Part shown: positions 1-7,765 of the stretch, piece after piece
Numbering within the stretch: the first letter of the stretch is position 1
Layout of the letters: every line of letters starts with the position of its first letter
Origin: Vibrio vulnificus CMCP6
GTDB lineage: Bacteria > Pseudomonadota > Gammaproteobacteria > Enterobacterales > Vibrionaceae
Direction: 5' to 3'
Length of the DNA stretch: 32,000 nt
Assembly: GCF_000039765.1 (NCBI RefSeq)
Contig: NC_004459.3
Coordinates: 510,001 to 542,000 of the forward strand
Translations under genes and position numbers: made by a program
Notes under the pieces: model-generated
Seen by the model: only the letters and a program-made list of their open reading frames with translations
Databases searched by the model: none
What the model was told of the DNA's origin: nothing

Positions 1-446
1 AACCAAAGATAAGGAAAGGTGATTTTGAGCATAAAGCTGGCAAGCTCAAATTTTTCCGCGGCTGGCCCACCATGTAACCAATCAATAAACCATCCCGCGC
101 CAAACAATGCCGTGACAACGCCAGAACCGAGCACCCCTAAAATCGTCACGACGGAAACGATCACTCCGAGCGTCCCTGATGCTTTAGCGATGAGATCCCG
201 TGTTTTGTTTAGATCGCCACTGGCGTGGTATTCCGTCAGTACTGGCACAAAGGCTTGAGAGAACGCTCCCTCAGCAAAAAGTCTTCTTAAGAAATTCGGA
301 ATTTTGTTGGCAAAGAAAAATACGTCGGCACTGGCACCTGCGCCCATTAAATTGGCGACAACCACATCGCGCACTAAGCCTAAAACACGAGAAACCAACG
401 TCATAGCGCTGACGATCATGCCGGACTTGAGTAGTCGTTTACTCAC
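1..446 (-). CDS. murJ: Lipid II flippase MurJ (MviN), N-terminal 148 codons; the gene continues past the left edge of the window
   Basis: This ORF is absent from the track because it runs off the window. Minus-strand translation from GTG at 446 gives VSKRLLKSGMIVSAMTLVSRVLGLVRDVVVANLMGAGASADVFFFANKIPNFLRRLFAEGAFSQAFVPVLTEY... This matches the conserved MurJ N-terminus (SRVLG..RD and LRRxFAEGAFSQAFVP blocks of E. coli MurJ). Confidence 0.9.
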   Translation of the reverse strand, partial: MSKRLLKSGMIVSAMTLVSRVLGLVRDVVVANLMGAGASADVFFFANKIPNFLRRLFAEGAFSQAFVPVLTEYHASGDLNKTRDLIAKASGTLGVIVSVVTILGVLGSGVVTALFGAGWFIDWLHGGPAAEKFELASFMLKITFPYLW

Positions 447-619
447 TGTAACCTCGAAATATCACCGTAGCTTAACTTTTATCCGTCTTTTGTTAGGACA
501 GACGCGGATATTTATTAGCATTGGTCTAAAAATGCTGATAGAATCCCCGCCATCTTAACCGCGATGCCCTTTCTTACCAAAACTTGTTTTGGTCGCGATG
601 GGGTTTTTGCACAAATCAT

Positions 620-648
620 TTGACAATCGGGCATAAATGAGGGATATT
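620..648 (+). promoter_or_regulatory. Candidate sigma70 promoter for rpsT
   Basis: TTGACA (620-625), a 17-nt spacer, then GATATT (643-648), about 50 nt upstream of the rpsT start. This is a motif match only. Confidence 0.4.
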
Positions 649-696
649 CCTCGCCCTTAAATTGTCACCGAACTAAAGTTTTTGGGAGTTAGACCC

Positions 697-957
697 TTGG
701 CAAATAACAAATCTGCTAAGAAGCGCGCTATCCAAGCTGAGAAACGTCGTCAGCACAATGCTAGCCGTCGTTCAATGATGCGCACTTACATGAAAAAAAC
801 TGTTGCTGCAATCGCTGCTGGCGATAAAGAAGCTGCAACTGCTGCATTCGCTGTAGTTACACCGATCCTAGACCGCATGGCGACTAAAGGCCTTATTCAC
901 AAGAATAAAGCAGCTCGTCACAAGTCTCGTTTCGCTGCACAAATCAAAGCTCTTTAA
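697..957 (+). CDS. rpsT: 30S ribosomal protein S20
   Basis: From the TTG at 697 the translation is (M)[33 protein letters not shown]...[13 protein letters not shown], collinear with E. coli S20 ([16 protein letters not shown]...). GGGAG at 684-688 is a Shine-Dalgarno 8 nt upstream of 697. E. coli rpsT also uses a UUG start. The track start at 682 adds 5 non-homologous residues. Confidence 0.95.
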
Positions 958-975
958 TAGAGTCTCGATTCAGTG

Positions 976-1006
976 AAAAAAGCCGGCTTTATGCCGGTTT
1001 TTTTAT
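976..1006 (+). terminator. Rho-independent terminator of rpsT
   Basis: GC-rich hairpin AAAAAGCCGGC-tttat-GCCGGTTTTTTT followed by a T-run, 19 nt after the rpsT stop. Confidence 0.85.
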
Positions 1007-1026
1007 TGCTATCAAATTACCCATAT

Positions 1027-1056
1027 AAAAAAGCTGGCTTGTAAGCCAGCTTTTCT
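1027..1056 (-). terminator. Rho-independent terminator of hlyU (structure is bidirectional)
   Basis: AGCTGGCT (1032-1039), tgta loop, AGCCAGCT (1044-1051). An A-run lies on one side and a T-run on the other. On the minus strand the hairpin is followed by TTTTTT, 24 nt after the hlyU stop. Confidence 0.8.
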
Positions 1057-1079
1057 TTTCTACACGGCACGCAAAAGCA

Positions 1080-1376
1080 TTATTCTTCGCAATAAAGACT
1101 GTGCAGCAGTTTAATCATTGCTTTTACTTCTTCACTTTTCAGAGTGTAGTAAACCGTTTGTGCTTCTTTACGCGTGGTCACCAAACCATCACGACGCAAC
1201 CATGCCAGATGCTGAGACAATGCAGACTGACTTAATTGCAATTTGGCACAAAGTTCCCCGACCGATAGCTCTTGATTGTGTAGCATGCATAAGATTTGCA
1301 GGCGTCTTTCATTGGCCATGGCTTTGAGTAATACGACAGCTTTAGCAGAATTCTGCTCCATATCTTTTAAGTTCAT
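1080..1376 (-). CDS. hlyU: ArsR/SmtB-family winged-helix transcriptional regulator, HlyU type (98 aa)
   Basis: MNLKDMEQNSAKAVVLLKAMANERRLQILCML...ELSVGEL...LSQSALSQHLAWLRRDGLV..RKEAQTVYY is the ArsR HTH signature. It matches my recollection of Vibrio HlyU (98 aa in V. vulnificus). GAGGA Shine-Dalgarno 7 nt upstream of the ATG. Its position next to nhaR/rpsT is as in Vibrio genomes. Confidence 0.85.
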   Translation of the reverse strand: MNLKDMEQNSAKAVVLLKAMANERRLQILCMLHNQELSVGELCAKLQLSQSALSQHLAWLRRDGLVTTRKEAQTVYYTLKSEEVKAMIKLLHSLYCEE

Positions 1377-1504
1377 GTGTTGGTCCTCTAGCTACAACTC
1401 ACATGTCCCAACGGTTGTTGCAGATAGTTGTGTTAAACAATTTTATAATTTAGGTTTATATTTTTGTAGATAGTAATCTATTTGGGGTATTCAAGGGAAC
1501 GGTT

Positions 1505-2395
1505 TCATTCAAACAATTGGCTAAAATCTGCGTCACATACATTCTTTACTGCGGGATGTTGAATCATACGCTCAGCAAAGATCACGTAATACTCTTCTTT
1601 GAGATCGTCAACATGGCCAATGAGTTGTAAAGTCAGATCTTCTTCGATTTCTGAGATATAGACGGTCGGGGCAAGGAAAATGACGTCATCATGGTAGCGA
1701 GCAAAGGCTTTCATTAGGGCCACATCATCAAATTCCCCTAAGACATCAGGTTGAATCCCTTGGCGATCAAACCACTGTAAAACCTTACGCCCCATCGCTG
1801 TTCGGCTCCCAGGAATCAACAGTTTTTTCTGCTCCAAAATTGCGGGAAATTCAGCATTATCTATTTTGGTGGAAGAGAAGAAACTCATGCTCGACTCACC
1901 CAGTTTCTTACTATATAGGCCGGGACTTTGTGTCGAGTCGACAGGACAATCAGACAGAATCATGTCGAGCTTGTGTTGTGCCAAACGTTCCAGCAGCAAT
2001 TCGTGCGTCGATTCGTAACAACATAAGTGGATTTTTTTGTCTTGAGGTACAGTGGTTTTCAGCACCTTACTCACTAGCCGTTTTGACAACGCATCAGCAA
2101 CACCGACTTCAAATAGAATATTGGCATGCTGGCTATAGTTGACGATATCGAGCATTTCGTAACTTAAACCGAACATACGGTCAGCGTATTTGAATACCAA
2201 TTGCCCAAGCTCAGTGGGTTCAACGGTACGGCCGTTTCGCTTTGTCAGCTTGCCTTTCATGCGATCTTCTAGCGCTTTGATCTGTCCAGTCACCGTTTGT
2301 GGCGTGAGAAACAGCGCGTCTGCCGCTTTAGTAACGGAACCTTGCTTACAAACCATCCAGAAATAGTAGAGGTGATTATAATTGAGATGTGACAT
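1505..2395 (-). CDS. nhaR: LysR-family transcriptional activator NhaR
   Basis: [43 protein letters not shown]...[12 protein letters not shown] is collinear with E. coli NhaR ([21 protein letters not shown]...[13 protein letters not shown]). GGAAGGG Shine-Dalgarno. Confidence 0.93.
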   Translation of the reverse strand: MSHLNYNHLYYFWMVCKQGSVTKAADALFLTPQTVTGQIKALEDRMKGKLTKRNGRTVEPTELGQLVFKYADRMFGLSYEMLDIVNYSQHANILFEVGVADALSKRLVSKVLKTTVPQDKKIHLCCYESTHELLLERLAQHKLDMILSDCPVDSTQSPGLYSKKLGESSMSFFSSTKIDNAEFPAILEQKKLLIPGSRTAMGRKVLQWFDRQGIQPDVLGEFDDVALMKAFARYHDDVIFLAPTVYISEIEEDLTLQLIGHVDDLKEEYYVIFAERMIQHPAVKNVCDADFSQLFE

Positions 2396-2685
2396 AACCC
2401 TTCCTTAAAAGAAACCACTGCCGTCCCTGAGAACGTGACAAATATGACAGACGTCGCCAATTATATCGAAAAAACCGAATTTAAAACGCAATAACATTAA
2501 AAAAAACAGAACCAATCAATTTCATATTGTCATATTTTGTGACATACCACCCACTAATTGAACCAAAAAACAACCGCTTGAGATGAAGTAAAAAACAACT
2601 AAAAATCAAAAACTTAATGATGAGTTATTTTTATTTCAGCAAATTAATCCGAGCTCAACGGTGAAAATATCCAGATGACACCGAA

Positions 2686-2703
2686 TTGTCATATTACTGA
2701 AAT
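2686..2703 (+). promoter_or_regulatory. Candidate Pho box (PhoB site) upstream of nptA
   Basis: TTGTCAT ATTA CTGAAAT compared with the Pho box consensus CTGTCAT AWAW CTGTCAY. The 11-bp repeat phasing is kept (6/7 and 5/7 matches). The site lies 74 nt upstream of the nptA start. This is a motif-level call only. Confidence 0.4.
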
Positions 2704-2776
2704 ATTTCATCTCTAGTATCGGCCTCAGTTTCAACAACAGACCAAACTGAGATTTAGACGGTCAATGGAGAAAATT

Positions 2777-3925
2777 ATGATGAACCAAGCTACTACGGCA
2801 GCAACGCCAATTTCGAGCACAACTCGTTGGCTTCGCTGGGCTAACTTGGCATTCATGTTATACCTGCTACTTTTAGCAGTATCTATGGTAGGTAGTGGTT
2901 TTAAACTGGCTACTGGCGATCAAGCTAAAGTACTTTTTGAGTTTGCCTCACACCCTGTTGCGGGCCTAATGATTGGTCTTGTGGCGACAGCTCTTATTCA
3001 ATCTTCCAGTACTGTGACCTCGATTATCGTCGGTTTGGTCGCTGGTGGCTTACCAGTAGAAACTGCAATCCCTATGGTTATGGGTGCAAACATTGGCACC
3101 ACAGTAACAAACACCTTGGTTTCTCTTGGCCACGTACGCTGTAAAGAAGAATTCAAGCGCGCTTTTGCAAGTGCGACAATTCACGATTTCTTCAACCTAC
3201 TTGCGGTTGCCATCTTCCTTCCTTTGGAAATGATGTTCGGCATTCTAGAGAAAGTGTCTCACTGGCTTGTGTCACCACTATTGAACACGGGTGATATGAG
3301 CATGAAAGGGTTTGACTTCATCAAGCCAATTACCAAACCTGTCGTAAGTGCAGTGAAAGGTCCACTAAGCACATTTGGTGATACTTTTGCAGGTGTTGCG
3401 CTGATTGTACTGGGTATCGCTACCATCTTCGTTGCTATCACGGTGATGGGTAAATTGATGAAGAGCCTAATGGTTGGCCGCGCTCGTGACATCCTGAAGA
3501 ACGCAATTGGCCGCGGTCCTATCCACGGTATCGTGTCAGGCTCTATCGTAACGGTGTTGGTTCAGTCTTCATCAACAACAACCAGCTTAATGGTTCCACT
3601 CGTTGGTACTGGTGTACTGAAAGTACGTGATGTTTACCCATTCACTCTGGGTGCGAACATTGGTACTTGTATTACCGCACTGCTTGCAGCAACGGCAGTT
3701 TCTGGTGAGTTTGCTGTGTTTGCACTACAGATTGCTCTCGTCCACTTAACCTTTAACGTGTTAGCAACTCTGTTCATCTTTGGTATTCCGTTCTTACGCG
3801 AAATCCCAATTAAAGGTGCAGAATTCATTTCAGAGATGGCGATTAAGAACAAAGCGGTGGTTGCTGGGTACCTACTTGCAGTATTCATCTTCATCCCAGG
3901 GTCGATTCTGGCACTAACGGCATAG
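2777..3925 (+). CDS. nptA: Na+/phosphate cotransporter, NaPi-II (NptA) family
   Basis: Polytopic membrane protein with the duplicated QSSS signature (LIQSSSTVTSIIVGL and LVQSSSTTTSLMVPL) and GANIGT repeats typical of type II Na/Pi cotransporters. It resembles V. cholerae NptA. The start is set at ATG 2777 because GGAG (2767-2770) lies 6 nt upstream; ATG 2765 and 2780 remain possible. Confidence 0.88.
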   Translation: MMNQATTAATPISSTTRWLRWANLAFMLYLLLLAVSMVGSGFKLATGDQAKVLFEFASHPVAGLMIGLVATALIQSSSTVTSIIVGLVAGGLPVETAIPMVMGANIGTTVTNTLVSLGHVRCKEEFKRAFASATIHDFFNLLAVAIFLPLEMMFGILEKVSHWLVSPLLNTGDMSMKGFDFIKPITKPVVSAVKGPLSTFGDTFAGVALIVLGIATIFVAITVMGKLMKSLMVGRARDILKNAIGRGPIHGIVSGSIVTVLVQSSSTTTSLMVPLVGTGVLKVRDVYPFTLGANIGTCITALLAATAVSGEFAVFALQIALVHLTFNVLATLFIFGIPFLREIPIKGAEFISEMAIKNKAVVAGYLLAVFIFIPGSILALTA

Positions 3926-3941
3926 AACATTGAAATACCGG

Positions 3942-3971
3942 AAAAGGAGAGCAAATTGCTCTCCTTTTTTG
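3942..3971 (+). terminator. Rho-independent terminator of nptA
   Basis: GGAGAGC-aaatt-GCTCTCC hairpin followed by TTTTTT. Confidence 0.85.
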
Positions 3972-4044
3972 TTGCTGAAGCAAAGGTTTTCATTGGCAAA
4001 AATCGTTGGCTGATACACACTGAAGAAAAACAGCGGTGTACGCA

Positions 4045-5193
4045 ATGATGGAACATAAAGAGAACCAACAACGGTTAGAAGCGGCAAGAAAGATTGACGA
4101 CCAACTTTCTCTACTTGTTGAAAACATAGACATTTTGAGCAGTGTCACGCCGCAAAACTACAAGGAAGAGCGGCAGCTCTTTTTTGATAATCGCTTTTCC
4201 ATTGAACCCAGCTTTACCTACAAAGATCAAACGTTTGATGTTCATCAAGCTAAGCGAAATCTTTACTCTCTTCCCATTGAAAACATCGACAGCGTGAAGC
4301 TACGTGCTCTGTACGCGGAAGTGATCCAGTCTTATGCAGACAAACTCGATCAACTTTGTTCCATCGGTAATGCGGAGTTTCTCTATAACTCACTGCGTTA
4401 TTATGGTGAACCGAGCAGCAAAGATATCCGTAATGCCAATTTTTTATTGCATCTTCCCATTGAAGAAGAAGCCTCCCAGCGCCACGATTGCCATGAAATC
4501 GCCGCCTTTATGCAGCAGTTTTGTCAGGATCATGGCTATACAGGGGAGATTGAGATCAACAACAGCATGATTGCTAATGCGCTGGTCTCGGGAACCAAAG
4601 TGAAAATTAATGCTTCGGCCAGCATCACCACGAAAGAGATGCACGCTCTTGCCCATCATGAACTCGGTGTTCACTTGCTTACGACGTTGAACGGGCGAGC
4701 CCAGCCGTTGAAATTACTCAGCTTGGGTTGCCCAGTAAATACGACCACACAAGAAGGATTGGCTATTCTCTGTGAGTTTCTCTCTGGGCATTTTAGTCTC
4801 AAACGCCTTAGAACCTTGGCTCTTCGAGTTATTGCTGTCGAATCGATGATCAAAGATCGAGATTTTCGCAATACCTTTTTACTGCTCAAAGAGCAGTATA
4901 AAACGGATGACATGACAGCATTTACGATTACGGCTCGCGTCTATCGTGGCGGTGGTTATACCAAGGATTATCTCTATCTACGCGGCTTTAGAGAAATCCT
5001 CAATGCCTATGATCAGCTCGGCGACGATTTTAATTTGTTGCTCGCAGGCAAAACAGAAATACGCTATTTCTCCACCATCAAGTCGCTGGTCGCAGATGGC
5101 CTCATTCAGCCACCAAAATTCATTAGCCCAGCCATCGCCAAACCCGCCCCAGCGGATCCTATCTATAAATTTGTCGCCAATGCGCTCAAATAG
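4045..5193 (+). CDS. DUF1704 / QEGLA-motif protein (annotated in databases as flavohemoglobin expression-modulating QEGLA motif protein or tyrosine/phenylalanine carboxypeptidase-domain protein)
   Basis: Contains the family-defining TQEGLA motif (NTTTQEGLAILCEF) and a metalloprotease-like HHELGVHLL motif. The start is ambiguous among GTG 4036, ATG 4045 and ATG 4048. Confidence 0.75.
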   Translation: MMEHKENQQRLEAARKIDDQLSLLVENIDILSSVTPQNYKEERQLFFDNRFSIEPSFTYKDQTFDVHQAKRNLYSLPIENIDSVKLRALYAEVIQSYADKLDQLCSIGNAEFLYNSLRYYGEPSSKDIRNANFLLHLPIEEEASQRHDCHEIAAFMQQFCQDHGYTGEIEINNSMIANALVSGTKVKINASASITTKEMHALAHHELGVHLLTTLNGRAQPLKLLSLGCPVNTTTQEGLAILCEFLSGHFSLKRLRTLALRVIAVESMIKDRDFRNTFLLLKEQYKTDDMTAFTITARVYRGGGYTKDYLYLRGFREILNAYDQLGDDFNLLLAGKTEIRYFSTIKSLVADGLIQPPKFISPAIAKPAPADPIYKFVANALK

Positions 5194-5212
5194 CACAAAC
5201 GCTGTAGGTAAC

Positions 5213-5238
5213 AAAAAAGGGCTCTAGGAGCCCTTTTC
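5213..5238. terminator. Bidirectional terminator between the DUF1704 gene and thyA
   Basis: AAAAAAGGGCTC-tag-GAGCCCTTTT: a perfect GC stem flanked by an A-run and a T-run between convergent genes. Confidence 0.85.
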
Positions 5239-5251
5239 AACCATCGTGATG

Positions 5252-6103
5252 TTATACCGAGAATGGGTACTGGATTGGGTCATGATGTTCATACCCTTCT
5301 ACCCAGAAATCATCCAAAGTGACCCAAGTTTCCAGATCTTCCAAAGATTTGATCTCAGGGTTGATGTGGAACGTTGGCGCTTGTAACGGTTCTCGCTTGA
5401 GTTGCACATCACGCATCAGTGCTAACTGATCTTCATAGATATGTGCATTAACAATCTTATGGAATGCTTGGCCCGGTTTCTTGCCCGTAATCTGTGCCAT
5501 GATCGCCAAGAACACATACACCTGGACCATGTTGAAATTCAGCCCCAGTGGCACGTCACACGAACGTTGTGTGCTATTGAGGTATAACGTATCACCCAGC
5601 AATGAGAAGTGATGACTGTACATACAAGGGCGCAAACAACCCATATGAAATTCACCTGGGTTGTAGAAATTGAGGATCTCCCCGCGATCGTCTACTCCGC
5701 GCGTCAGGTCATCGACAATTTTACGCAATTGGTCGATATGACCACCATCAGGCTTCGCCCAAGCTCGACCTTGTACGCCGTAGACACGGCCCATGTCATC
5801 TTCGCCTTTGCGATATGGGTTATTCAACCAAGCATCATTGAGATTGGCGTTCGCATCCCAGGTTTTCGTACCTAACTTGCGAAAATCTTCCGCATTGTCA
5901 TAACCTCGAATGTAGCCAAGCAACTCTGCAACCGCCGCCTTCCAGAAACTCTTACGCGTGGTAACCAAAGGAAACTGATTGTTGGCAACATCGTAGGTTA
6001 AATCCGCGTTGATCACAGTAAGGCAGCGCTTACCGGTACGTTCATTTTCAACCCAGTGCCCTTCATCAACGATGCGACGGCACAATTCTAAATATTGTTT
6101 CAC
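5252..6103 (-). CDS. thyA: Thymidylate synthase ThyA (283-aa Vibrio/Haemophilus-type)
   Basis: [15 protein letters not shown]...FPLVTTRK...RPCMYSHHF (catalytic Cys)...[13 protein letters not shown], collinear with ThyA. GTG start at 6103 with an AAGGA Shine-Dalgarno that overlaps the lgt stop. Confidence 0.95.
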   Translation of the reverse strand: MKQYLELCRRIVDEGHWVENERTGKRCLTVINADLTYDVANNQFPLVTTRKSFWKAAVAELLGYIRGYDNAEDFRKLGTKTWDANANLNDAWLNNPYRKGEDDMGRVYGVQGRAWAKPDGGHIDQLRKIVDDLTRGVDDRGEILNFYNPGEFHMGCLRPCMYSHHFSLLGDTLYLNSTQRSCDVPLGLNFNMVQVYVFLAIMAQITGKKPGQAFHKIVNAHIYEDQLALMRDVQLKREPLQAPTFHINPEIKSLEDLETWVTLDDFWVEGYEHHDPIQYPFSV

Positions 6104-6112
6104 TTCAATTCC

Positions 6113-6928
6113 TTACTTCACGGTTACTTTGTCTTGATAGTGGCCACGTTTATAAGCCCAAGCCATCAGCGCCAATCCACCAATAATCATCGGTGACGAC
6201 AAGATCTGTCCCATTGAAATGAAACCACCAAACAGACCCAGTTGCGCATCCGGCTCACGCACGTATTCAACGAGGAAACGGAATGTACCATAACCAGCAA
6301 GGAATAAACCAGATACGGATCCTAAAGGTCTTGGTTTGCGGATAAACCAGTTGAGGATAAAGAACAGCACCACCCCTTCTAATGCCATCTCATACAATTG
6401 CGAAGGGTGGCGTGGTAGTGGTCCGCCGGTTGGGAACACCATCGCCCAAGGCACATCGGTCACTCTGCCCCAAAGCTCGCCGTTCATAAAGTTGCCTAAG
6501 CGCCCTACCCCTAAGCCAAATGGCACTAACGGAGCAACGAAGTCCGCCACGCCAAAAAAGGTTCGGCCATTTTTCTTCGCGTACCAGAGCATAGCCGTAA
6601 TGACACCCAGCAAGCCGCCATGGAAAGACATGCCACCTGTCCAGACTTTAAAGAGGTAAATCGGATCAGCGAGGAAGAGATCGAAGTTATAGAACAGCAC
6701 GTACCCAATGCGACCACCCAGCACAACGCCTAGGAATCCAGCGAACAGCAAGTCCGAAACTTGCTCTCGCGTCCAGCCACTGCCCGGTTTGTCTGCTCGG
6801 CGATTGGCGAGCCACATCGCAAACAAAAAACCAAATAGATACATCAACCCGTACCAACGAACTGAGATGGGTCCTATCGAGAAAAAGACGGGGTCGATAT
6901 TAGGAAAAGGCAGGTAACCCTGAGACAT
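6113..6928 (-). CDS. lgt: Phosphatidylglycerol:prolipoprotein diacylglyceryl transferase
   Basis: Full-length similarity to Lgt ([24 protein letters not shown]...HPSQLYE...) and the conserved lgt-thyA arrangement. Confidence 0.95.
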   Translation of the reverse strand: MSQGYLPFPNIDPVFFSIGPISVRWYGLMYLFGFLFAMWLANRRADKPGSGWTREQVSDLLFAGFLGVVLGGRIGYVLFYNFDLFLADPIYLFKVWTGGMSFHGGLLGVITAMLWYAKKNGRTFFGVADFVAPLVPFGLGVGRLGNFMNGELWGRVTDVPWAMVFPTGGPLPRHPSQLYEMALEGVVLFFILNWFIRKPRPLGSVSGLFLAGYGTFRFLVEYVREPDAQLGLFGGFISMGQILSSPMIIGGLALMAWAYKRGHYQDKVTVK

Positions 6929-6967
6929 AATGAAGTACTCTTAATCATCAACTTTGAAATAACGCGG

Positions 6968-7759
6968 CTAGACTAACATGCTGAGCGCGACAAACATTAA
7001 AAATAACGCAAAGATTTTTTTCAGCTTTGCCGTTGGAAGCGTGGTGGCCCAGCGAGCACCAATTCGAGTGGTTAGCATTGAGGTTCCTGCAATCGCCAGC
7101 AGGGCTGGTAGATAAACATAGCCCACACTGTAATCAGGTAATGAAGCGACGCTGTAGCCATGCAGGATGAATCCCGTCATCCCCGCTATCGCAATCACAC
7201 AACCGCATACCGATGAGGATCCAACAGCTTTGCGCATTTCAACGCCGTGTCGGTTAAGAAACGGAACCGATAAAGAACCACCACCGATCCCTGCTAAACT
7301 CGATACCACTCCGATACCTGTACCATACAGCATGGTGACTGGGCTGCTTGGCATTGCGCGGGTTGTCGTCACTCGAATCGAGCGGAACATTTGCAGTGCC
7401 AAGAATAAAACGATAACCCCAAACACTCTCGGCAAATATTGGGTTGGGATCCATTCGGCGATATTCGCCCCGACAAATCCACCAATCACCACTCCCGGCA
7501 TCAGCCACTTCACGACAAAGATATCCACGTTGCCCAATTTGAGATGATTTAACGCTGAAGAGCCCGAGGTAACAATAATACTGGCTAAAGACGTTGCTAA
7601 TGCCATGTGCATGCTCAATTCTGTGGGAATTCCAGCCCACGGCAATAAGTAAAGCAACGCAGGCACCACAATCAAACCACCACCGATGCCTAATAACCCT
7701 GCCATCACGCCAACAAACGCACCCAGCACCAACAACACACTTAATAATTCAAACGTCAC
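6968..7759 (-). CDS. TauE/SafE (DUF81) family anion-export membrane protein
   Basis: 263-aa polytopic protein with the duplicated GxGGG motif (GLLGIGGGLIVVP and SLAGIGGGSLSVP) typical of TauE/YfcA. GTG start 6 nt after the ptsP stop. Confidence 0.8.
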   Translation of the reverse strand: MTFELLSVLLVLGAFVGVMAGLLGIGGGLIVVPALLYLLPWAGIPTELSMHMALATSLASIIVTSGSSALNHLKLGNVDIFVVKWLMPGVVIGGFVGANIAEWIPTQYLPRVFGVIVLFLALQMFRSIRVTTTRAMPSSPVTMLYGTGIGVVSSLAGIGGGSLSVPFLNRHGVEMRKAVGSSSVCGCVIAIAGMTGFILHGYSVASLPDYSVGYVYLPALLAIAGTSMLTTRIGARWATTLPTAKLKKIFALFLMFVALSMLV

Positions 7760-7765
7760 AGCAAC

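Noticed and set aside
3634-4071. Long antisense or out-of-frame track ORFs embedded in well-supported genes. Examples: 3634-4071 (-), 6336-6659 (+), 7167-7547 (+), 7254-7640 (-), 7933-8406 (+), 19167-19577 (+), 19409-19744 (+), 25617-25943 (-), 22899-23228 (+).
   Set aside because: Each lies entirely, or almost entirely, inside a gene with strong full-length homology on another frame or strand. They lack Shine-Dalgarno sequences and have odd composition (Arg/Ser/Pro/Cys-rich). They are typical shadow ORFs.
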